Source of the DNA: an uncultured virus (IMG/VR IMGVR_UViG_3300030329_004627) | Taxonomy: Duplodnaviria > Heunggongvirae > Uroviricota > Caudoviricetes | IMG/VR virus record: IMGVR_UViG_3300030329_004627 | Reading direction: 5' to 3' (one strand) | DNA length: 20,000 nucleotides | Shown: in pieces, positions 8,971 to 15,087 of the stretch | Numbering within the stretch: position 1 is the stretch's first letter | Layout: every line of letters starts with the position of its first letter | Made by a program: the position numbers and the translations under genes | Notes under the pieces: generated by a model | What the model was told of the DNA's origin: nothing | The model's input: only the letters and a program-made list of their open reading frames with translations | Database searches by the model: none

Positions 8971-10142
8971 TATTTCAGGCACTTGACGATAAGTCAGAAT
9001 GTATTGGAATTTACGCAGATGGCAAGTTATCGTTTGAAAATTTTCCAGAAAATTTAACACAGACATGGCGCTACAGCGCATCTATCACAGACCCATCGGT
9101 GGAGTATGCCTGGATACGTGCTGGTGGGCGCAATATCACCGATTGCTGCCCAGAAGATTTATGTAACGAACTTCAGGCTACGATAAGAAAAATGAAGGCG
9201 TATTTGAAGTCTTTTAAGATTGCGAAAGTTAATATGGCGGATCATTGTGTGTTTGACTTGATCCCTCACGATTTCCTTGTACGGTTTTGCGAGATCAAAA
9301 ATAAAATTACAGAGCATGTGTTCAGTACATACGAGAAGCCAGATAATTACGAGCACTTAGACGCGGTATATAAGTTGCTTCACAAGATTCGTTATCAGAA
9401 GCTTAATCTTAATAGCGAAGATTGTAAGCACTTGTTTTATTCTTCTATGAATCGTCAAAAGATCCAAGAGCTTATGAAGAACTTTAGGCGCATTGATTAT
9501 AATATGTTTGGCACCGTCACCGGTCGCCTCACAACACACCCAGAATCGTTTCCCATTCTTACGCTAAAGAAGGATCTGCGCCGAATAATCAAGCCTCACA
9601 ATGACTTGATGATGAGTCTTGATTATAATGGTGCTGAGATTCGCACACTGCTAGACTTGTGTGGCCAAGAGCAGCCCGAGTATGATATTCACGAATGGAA
9701 TATTCAGAACGTTATCAATGATTTAGAGATGACTCGCGAAGAGGCAAAGCTTTACTTCTTTGCTTGGTTGTATAATCCACAATCAAACGATATTGATTCA
9801 GAGTATTACGATCGTGAAAAAGTTCTTGACAAGTATTACAAAGACGGTTATATTCATACTCCATACGGACGAAAAATTAAAGTGGAGCAAAGAAAGGCGT
9901 TGAATTACTTAATCCAAAGCACAACCGCCGACCGCGTTTTAGAAAAAGCCGTTCTGGTTGACCAGATGCTTGAAGGCAAGAAGTCGTTCATTTCGCATAT
10001 AGTTCACGATGAGATTGTGATTGACTATTCGGATGAAGATCGTGATATAGTGATTGGCCTTCGCGATGTCTTCGAAGGCGGCTTTATGGCCAACTTGCGT
10101 GCGGGAAAAGATTATTATAATTTGAATGAGATAAAGCTATGA
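8967..10142 (+). CDS. polA: Compact family-A DNA polymerase (polymerase core only)
   Basis: Contains TVTGRL, motif A LDYNGAEIR (cf. DYSQIELR), motif B REEAKLYFFAWLYN, GYIHTPYGR, ALNYLIQSTTAD (cf. N-x-PIQGTAAD) and motif C IVHDEIV. Only 391 aa. The TTG start overlaps the upstream stop. Confidence 0.85.
   Translation: MIFQALDDKSECIGIYADGKLSFENFPENLTQTWRYSASITDPSVEYAWIRAGGRNITDCCPEDLCNELQATIRKMKAYLKSFKIAKVNMADHCVFDLIPHDFLVRFCEIKNKITEHVFSTYEKPDNYEHLDAVYKLLHKIRYQKLNLNSEDCKHLFYSSMNRQKIQELMKNFRRIDYNMFGTVTGRLTTHPESFPILTLKKDLRRIIKPHNDLMMSLDYNGAEIRTLLDLCGQEQPEYDIHEWNIQNVINDLEMTREEAKLYFFAWLYNPQSNDIDSEYYDREKVLDKYYKDGYIHTPYGRKIKVEQRKALNYLIQSTTADRVLEKAVLVDQMLEGKKSFISHIVHDEIVIDYSDEDRDIVIGLRDVFEGGFMANLRAGKDYYNLNEIKL
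9826..9854 (+). promoter_or_regulatory. Sigma70-type promoter inside the polymerase gene, upstream of the tubulin-like gene
   Basis: TTGACA (9826-9831), 17-bp spacer, TATATT (9849-9854). Confidence 0.55.
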
Positions 10143-10978
10143 TTTCGATCGTTGGGCTAGGCTCGGCAGCGTCTAAAATTGCTGAAAAATTCAAGCAGAC
10201 TAAAAACTATAATGTCTATGTAATGAACGGCAATGTAGAAAGAAACAGCAAGTATAAATTTAAACTTAAAACGTATGATACACCAGAGGAATACGAAGCC
10301 AATATTCCTAATGTTAAGAAATTTCTGGGAACCTCTGATGAGCATATTCAGATTTTTATTGTAGGCTCTTCATTAAGCTCAGCTTATGCTTTGGGAATCT
10401 TAGAACAAATTAAGCATCGTAAGATTGATGTGTTCTATATTCAGCCTGATGGAGAGCTGATGACAGGTGTGCCCAAACTGTTAGACCGCGCTGTTTTTAG
10501 TATATTACAGGAGTATGCTCGATCCGGACTGTTAGCTTCTTTTACTGCGATGTCAAATGTTGCAATTGAAAAGACCATAGGAGATATTCCTATCAAACAT
10601 TATTATGATAGAATAAATGATTCGATTTTTTCAACAGTTCATTATATAAATTATTTCAACCATGCGGAACCAGAAATTGGAATGACATCGAAGCCCCTCG
10701 ATATTAATCGTATTAGAACTTATGGAATTTTAAATACTAAAAATTTAGAAGAAAAATGGCTATATCAACTTGACATGGGTCGCGACCTATGTTATTATCT
10801 ATGTATCAATAACAAACGATTAGAAAACGAAGGAGGATTGCACAAGAAGATAGTCGACATGCTCAAGGAAAAACCTAGAAACGCATTTCGGAAAATTTCT
10901 TACGCAATCTATGAAACAGAACACAACGATTTTGGGCTCTGCGTTGCCCATACTAACGCAGTACAAGAATACACTTGA
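10139..10978 (+). CDS. Divergent tubulin/FtsZ-like protein
   Basis: The N-terminal ISIVGLGSAASKIAEKF matches the FtsZ/tubulin T1 strand-loop-helix. IFIVGSSLSSAYALGIL sits where GGGTGSG is expected. FYIQP and AMSN-x(14)-YDRINDSI match later FtsZ-fold elements. ATGA overlap with the polymerase stop. Confidence 0.55.
   Translation: MISIVGLGSAASKIAEKFKQTKNYNVYVMNGNVERNSKYKFKLKTYDTPEEYEANIPNVKKFLGTSDEHIQIFIVGSSLSSAYALGILEQIKHRKIDVFYIQPDGELMTGVPKLLDRAVFSILQEYARSGLLASFTAMSNVAIEKTIGDIPIKHYYDRINDSIFSTVHYINYFNHAEPEIGMTSKPLDINRIRTYGILNTKNLEEKWLYQLDMGRDLCYYLCINNKRLENEGGLHKKIVDMLKEKPRNAFRKISYAIYETEHNDFGLCVAHTNAVQEYT
10770..10798 (+). promoter_or_regulatory. Sigma70-type promoter with extended -10 and palindromic spacer, inside the tubulin-like gene
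   Basis: TTGACA (10770-10775), 17-bp spacer ending TGT, then TATTAT (10793-10798). Bases 10773-10792 (ACATGGGTCGCGACCTATGT) form a near-perfect palindrome. Confidence 0.6.
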
Positions 10979-11003
10979 CAAGCTACGTTGAGTGTCATAC
11001 AAT
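10975..11003 (+). promoter_or_regulatory. Sigma70-type promoter for the SSB gene
   Basis: TTGACA (10975-10980, overlapping the upstream TGA stop), 17-bp spacer, TACAAT (10998-11003). SD AAGGAG at 11043-11048. Confidence 0.8.
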
Positions 11004-11055
11004 AGGAATCAAGGAAAGCTTGATTTACTTTACCCAACTAATAAGGAGAAATAAA

Positions 11056-11826
11056 ATGGGAATCAATATGGAACTGATGCGGCAAAAGCTCGCATCCCTT
11101 CGCGGCGAAGGAAACAAGGACGCAAACTCACCCTGGTTCAAGCCAGATGAGGGCGATACAGATATTCGGATCGTGCCGACAAATGATGGCGATCCATTGA
11201 AGGAAATGTTCTTCCACTATAATGTGGGCGAGCATCGCGGAGGTATCCTCTGTCCAAAGCGCAACTTTGGCGAGCACTGCCCCGTATGTGAATTTGCTTC
11301 TTCGCTTTGGCGCGAGGGAGTTGACAACAACGATGAGGAGAGCAAGAAGCTTGCGAAGAGTCTCTTCGTGCGCACCCGCTATTTCTCGCCCGTTGTTATC
11401 CGTGGTCGCGAAGACGAGGGCATCAAGGTCTACGGCTACGGAAAGCAGGCTTATGAGCTACTTTTGGGATACATTCTGGATCCCGAATACGGAGACATCA
11501 CTGATGTGAAGGAGGGTACGGACATTACCCTTACTTATACCAAGCCCAACAAGCCTGGAGCGTATCCCCAGACAAACCTAAAGATGCGTCGAAATACGTC
11601 CACCCTCCTGGCAGACAGCGAAGCGATCCCCGCCCTCCTCGATCGCATGCCTGACTTTGACAATCTATTCGATCGTCTTAGTCCAGCCCAGGTCGACGCA
11701 ATCCTCGATGAGCAGCTTTCGGGAAGTTCTTCCGCAGAAAGTCGCTCGTCTGAGACAGCCAAGTACGGTGCCACCAATGGTAAGAGTGATGTAGACCGTG
11801 CGTTTGATGAATTGATGACAGGCTAG
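11056..11826 (+). CDS. T4 gp32-like single-stranded DNA-binding protein
   Basis: Contains WFKP...IRIVP, the Zn ligand set HYNV...LCPK...HCPVCE, YGYGKQAYELL, YGDITDVKEGTDITLTY, and an acidic tail DVDRAFDELM. Start moved from TTG 10975 to ATG 11056, which has an SD site; 10975 is the promoter -35 box. Confidence 0.9.
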   Translation: MGINMELMRQKLASLRGEGNKDANSPWFKPDEGDTDIRIVPTNDGDPLKEMFFHYNVGEHRGGILCPKRNFGEHCPVCEFASSLWREGVDNNDEESKKLAKSLFVRTRYFSPVVIRGREDEGIKVYGYGKQAYELLLGYILDPEYGDITDVKEGTDITLTYTKPNKPGAYPQTNLKMRRNTSTLLADSEAIPALLDRMPDFDNLFDRLSPAQVDAILDEQLSGSSSAESRSSETAKYGATNGKSDVDRAFDELMTG

Positions 11827-11848
11827 TAGTAAATAGGTGAGTCTAGTA

Positions 11849-11881
11849 CCGATGGCAGAGCGGGGTTGAAATACTCTGCCA
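11849..11881 (+). other. Structured RNA element copy 1 (hairpin, possible pseudoknot)
   Basis: CCGA-TGGCAGAG-CGGGGTTGAAATA-CTCTGCCA, an 8-bp stem. Paralogous to 12010-12037. Confidence 0.7.
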
Positions 11882-11902
11882 AATTTTCCAAAAGGAGGGA
11901 TT

Positions 11903-12001
11903 ATGAAGTACGCTGTACTAATCGCCGCATGCGCTCTAATGAGCGGATGCGGAGACGCTGAAGAAGATACTGGCGAAGACACCGCAGTCGCCGCTGAGTA
12001 A
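11903..12001 (+). CDS. Tiny acidic lipoprotein (32 aa), not in the ORF track
   Basis: MKYAVLIAACALMSGC-GDAEEDTGEDTAVAAE*: basic N-terminus, hydrophobic core, lipobox-like MSGC at Cys16. Strong SD AAGGAGG at 11892-11898. Confidence 0.75.
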   Translation: MKYAVLIAACALMSGCGDAEEDTGEDTAVAAE

Positions 12002-12009
12002 AACAAAAG

Positions 12010-12047
12010 CCGCTGGCAGACCGGTGAAAAGTCTGCCGCATTTTTTT
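12010..12047 (+). terminator. Structured RNA element copy 2 / probable intrinsic terminator
   Basis: CCGCT-GGCAGAC-CGGTGAAAA-GTCTGCC-GCA-TTTTTTT: a 7-bp GC-rich stem followed by a T7 run, 14 nt before the recA start. Confidence 0.6.
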
Positions 12048-12061
12048 AACAAGAGGGCTTT

Positions 12062-13204
12062 ATGGCAAAGAAAACAAAAACAAAAGCAGGTCGGGTTGGA
12101 CTACAAGACTTGATGACCTTAGTGAATAAGAAAGCCGGCAGAAATGTCGCACACGATTTAACCGGAGATAATCCAACCTCCGTTAAAGATTGGATCCCAA
12201 CAGGCTCCCGCTGGCTTGACTCTATTATTTGTAAGGGGCGCCGCGCCGGCATTCCGGTTGGTAAAGTAACTGAGATTGCCGGATTAGAATCTACAGGTAA
12301 ATCTTACATGGCAGCACAAATCGCAGCCAACGCCCAGAAACAAGGAAAATTGGTTGTATATTTTGATTCTGAATCAGCAATCGACCCAACTTTTCTAGAG
12401 CAAGCAGGCTGCGATTTGAGCCGTCTAATGTATGTTCAAGCATCCTCTGTCGAGTTTGTGTTGGAAACCATCGAGGAGTTGCTAGGGGCTACGGATGAGA
12501 AGCTTGTTTTAATTTGGGATTCGTTGGCATTTACGCCTGCTGTCTCGGATGTTGAAGGCGACTTCAATCCACAATCTTCAATGGCAATGAAGGCACGTAT
12601 TCTTGCGAAGGGTATGTCAAAGTTGACGATTCCTATTGCTGATAAGCAAGCTACTTTCATTGTGCTCAATCAGTTGAAGACTAACATCCCACAAGGGCCG
12701 ACAGCGCGCATTGTCGCGATGACGACACCTTATATTACCCCAGGCGGAAAGGCTATGCATTATGCCTACTCTTTGCGCATCTGGCTCACCGGCCGCAAGG
12801 CCAAGTCTTCGTTCGTTGTAGATGAGAAAGGGTTCCGCATTGGATCGGAGGTTAAGATCAAACTTGAGAAGTCTCGCTTTGGAACTCAGGGTAGATCCTG
12901 CGCTTTCCGTATTCTCTGGGGTAACGAGATTGGCATCCGAGACGAGGAAAGCTGGTTTGACGCGATCAAGTCATCTGAGCACCTGACTTCTGCCGGCGCG
13001 TGGTATACGTTAAAGATGGAGGACTACGAGAAAAAGTTTCAACCATCCAAATGGACACAACTAATTTCAACTGATGATGAATTTAAGAGTAGGGTTATGC
13101 GTCTAATGGACGAAGAGATAATCCAAAAGTTCGATAAACGTGAAGGCAGCGCCGAAGCATACTACGCAGAGCCAGAGGATCTAACAGTACCACACAAGGA
13201 GTAA
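12062..13204 (+). CDS. recA: RecA/UvsX-family recombinase
   Basis: Contains IPTGSRWLD, GIPVGKVTEIAGLESTGKS (Walker A), YFDSESAID, LIWDSLA (Walker B), LNQLK and TPGGKAMHYAYSLRI. Confidence 0.95.
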   Translation: MAKKTKTKAGRVGLQDLMTLVNKKAGRNVAHDLTGDNPTSVKDWIPTGSRWLDSIICKGRRAGIPVGKVTEIAGLESTGKSYMAAQIAANAQKQGKLVVYFDSESAIDPTFLEQAGCDLSRLMYVQASSVEFVLETIEELLGATDEKLVLIWDSLAFTPAVSDVEGDFNPQSSMAMKARILAKGMSKLTIPIADKQATFIVLNQLKTNIPQGPTARIVAMTTPYITPGGKAMHYAYSLRIWLTGRKAKSSFVVDEKGFRIGSEVKIKLEKSRFGTQGRSCAFRILWGNEIGIRDEESWFDAIKSSEHLTSAGAWYTLKMEDYEKKFQPSKWTQLISTDDEFKSRVMRLMDEEIIQKFDKREGSAEAYYAEPEDLTVPHKE

Positions 13205-13207
13205 ATC

Positions 13208-13516
13208 ATGGTTTCACTATTCACAACATTACTATTGGCAACGCAGCTAAATGTTGCGGAGGCACACAAGGCGCGCAAGCCACATACACATGCGCGCCCT
13301 CACACTCATCATTCTCATCAAAAAAGAACCCACGTACATGTGAGACACAGGCACCATTCTTATAATGTGGCTAAGCCCCATCGACCTCCGAAAGCTCGTA
13401 CCGCTCATTCGGTGTATTTTTATCGCGGACATTGGGTGATGACTCACCACAGACCACACTTGATGTGGCGATGGAATCACCATCGCGGAAAGTGGGTGAT
13501 TGTTTTCAGATTCTGA
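13208..13516 (+). CDS. His/Arg-rich small protein with putative signal peptide
   Basis: SD AAGGAG at 13196-13201. The hydrophobic N-terminus ends in an AEA cleavage motif. The remaining 83 aa contain 20 His and no Asp or Glu, with two RG(H/K)WV repeats. Confidence 0.7.
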   Translation: MVSLFTTLLLATQLNVAEAHKARKPHTHARPHTHHSHQKRTHVHVRHRHHSYNVAKPHRPPKARTAHSVYFYRGHWVMTHHRPHLMWRWNHHRGKWVIVFRF

Positions 13517-13525
13517 AAAAAACTC

Positions 13526-13554
13526 TTGACCTAACCCCCTCGATAAGTTATAAT
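13526..13554 (+). promoter_or_regulatory. Sigma70-type promoter for the glycosylase and exonuclease genes
   Basis: TTGACC (13526-13531), 17-bp spacer, TATAAT (13549-13554). Intergenic and preceded by an A-tract. Confidence 0.8.
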
Positions 13555-13580
13555 GTATATGACTTGAGGGGGTTATTTAT

Positions 13581-14042
13581 ATGAATATATTCGTATTACA
13601 TAAGGATCCGACAATTGCTGCACAAATGGCTTGTGACAAGCATGTCGTTAAAATGATTTTGGAAACAGCACAGATGCTATGTACGGCTGCTAGAGCCAAA
13701 AGCGCATGGGCGCCGTATGGTGCGACACACAAGGGCCATCCGTGTACCATCTGGACAGGCACGTCTAAGGGAAATTGGGATTGGCTTGTCGATCATGGCA
13801 AAGCTTTGTGTGCCGAATATACTAAGCGCTATCGCCGACGCCACAAGAGCGAAAACGTTATTCAGTATTGCGCGCAGCTAAACTTGTCGTTCGAACTACA
13901 GGAAAAAACACCGTTTGCCCAGGCAATGCCCCCGCAGTATAAAAACGAGTGTCCTGTTATGGCCTATCGCGCATATTATATGGGCGAGAAAGCAGCTTTC
14001 GCAACCTGGAAAACCCAAACACCTGACTGGTGGAGAGTATAA
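13581..14042 (+). CDS. Pyrimidine dimer DNA glycosylase / endonuclease V family protein
   Basis: MNIFVLHKDP-x(2)-AA-x(3)-CDKHVVKMILETAQML, HKGHPCTIW, EYTKRY-x(3)-H, FAQAMP and AYRAYY are typical of this family. Confidence 0.85.
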   Translation: MNIFVLHKDPTIAAQMACDKHVVKMILETAQMLCTAARAKSAWAPYGATHKGHPCTIWTGTSKGNWDWLVDHGKALCAEYTKRYRRRHKSENVIQYCAQLNLSFELQEKTPFAQAMPPQYKNECPVMAYRAYYMGEKAAFATWKTQTPDWWRV

Positions 14043-15022
14043 TGAAAAGAGTATTGATTATTGACGCGCTAAACGCATATCTGCGCGCTTACATTGTTGA
14101 CCCGTCTATCTCATCTAACGGACAGCCGATTGGTGGACTGAAGGGGTTTATCAAAATCCTACAGAAGCTTGTCCGAGAGACTAAGCCTGATAACATTATC
14201 ATTGCGTGGGATGGCCCCGATGGCTCCCGCAAGCGCAAGACTATGGACAAGAACTACAAGGCAGGCAGAAAGCCTATCCGCCTTAACCGTGCTATTCGTA
14301 ACCTGACAGAAGATGAGGAGCTTGCCAACAAGATGTGGCAACAGAAGCGCATTATTGAGTATATGAACGAGATGCCTATCATTCAAGTTTTGATTCCTCA
14401 GATTGAGGCAGACGACATTATCTCTTATGTCACACAGATGAACCACTACGACGGCTGGCAGAAGATTATCGTATCAAACGATAAAGATTTCATGCAGTTG
14501 TGCGATGAGGAGACTGTACTGTGGCGCCCTACTGTCAACGAAATGCTGAACACAAAGCGCATCGTTGAGACAACCGGTGTTCATCCTCGCAATATGGCGC
14601 TTGCCCGTGCGATGGCCGGTGATGCGTCAGATAATTTACCCGGCATCAAGGGCGCCGGGTTAAAGACAATTCAGAAGCGCCTTCCATTTCTTGGAGAAGA
14701 CAAAGACTACAATATCCCAGACGTTCTTGACTACTGTATTAAGAGCACAAAAGGATCACGCGTGAAGTTCTATGACAGCGTAATTGAGAATAAAAAATTG
14801 GTGGAACACAACTATAAAATGATGCAACTTTACGCGCCCCAAATGTCTGTCCAAGCAAAGCAGTTTACACAAGAAGCAGTAACGAATTTCGAGTGTGATT
14901 TCAACAGGACAGAGCTAATTCGCATGATGCGTGAAGACGGATTTGGCGAGTTAAACTGGGAAGATCTTAAGTCACAGTTAAACAAGATCAACTACGAGTG
15001 TGTTGACAACACAACCAAATAA
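14042..15022 (+). CDS. Stand-alone 5'-3' exonuclease / flap endonuclease (Pol I N-terminal domain / T4 RNase H family)
   Basis: Contains LIIDALN, AWDG, YKAGR, EADDII, VSNDKDFMQL and the H3TH motif GDASDNLPGIKGAGLKT. The start is likely ATG 14042 (TAATG overlap, SD GGAG at 14032-14035) rather than 14030. Confidence 0.93.
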   Translation: MKRVLIIDALNAYLRAYIVDPSISSNGQPIGGLKGFIKILQKLVRETKPDNIIIAWDGPDGSRKRKTMDKNYKAGRKPIRLNRAIRNLTEDEELANKMWQQKRIIEYMNEMPIIQVLIPQIEADDIISYVTQMNHYDGWQKIIVSNDKDFMQLCDEETVLWRPTVNEMLNTKRIVETTGVHPRNMALARAMAGDASDNLPGIKGAGLKTIQKRLPFLGEDKDYNIPDVLDYCIKSTKGSRVKFYDSVIENKKLVEHNYKMMQLYAPQMSVQAKQFTQEAVTNFECDFNRTELIRMMREDGFGELNWEDLKSQLNKINYECVDNTTK

Positions 15023-15036
15023 ATTTTCAATTCACC

Positions 15037-15064
15037 TTGACATTCGGGCTGGATCGACTATAAT
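15037..15064 (+). promoter_or_regulatory. Sigma70-type promoter for the helicase-RNR operon
   Basis: Intergenic TTGACA (15037-15042), 16-bp spacer, TATAAT (15059-15064). Confidence 0.75.
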
Positions 15065-15087
15065 TACAAGACATACAGAGGGCATTA

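Noticed and set aside
8967..10142. Polymerase as a pseudogene or intron/intein-split gene
   Set aside because: The frame is uninterrupted, catalytic residues are intact, both ends are coupled to neighbouring genes, and no splicing element or missing fragment is adjacent.
10139..10978. Evidence for a nucleus-forming (chimallin/PhuZ) jumbo phage
   Set aside because: The protein lacks the intact tubulin signature, no chimallin or phage RNA polymerase genes are visible, and the promoters are host sigma70 type.
10975..11055. 27-aa N-terminal extension of SSB given by the ORF track
   Set aside because: The TTG is part of the -35 box, and a clear SD precedes ATG 11056.
11827..12061. Possible tRNA or CRISPR mini-array between SSB and recA
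   Set aside because: There is no cloverleaf or T-loop consensus. Only two imperfect repeats are present, ~130 nt apart, and the gap holds a credible small gene.
15003..15031. Additional TTGAC hexamers (15003; also 11331, 11657, 12216, 14727)
   Set aside because: None has a convincing -10 at 16-18 bp; 15003 has only TTCAAT.
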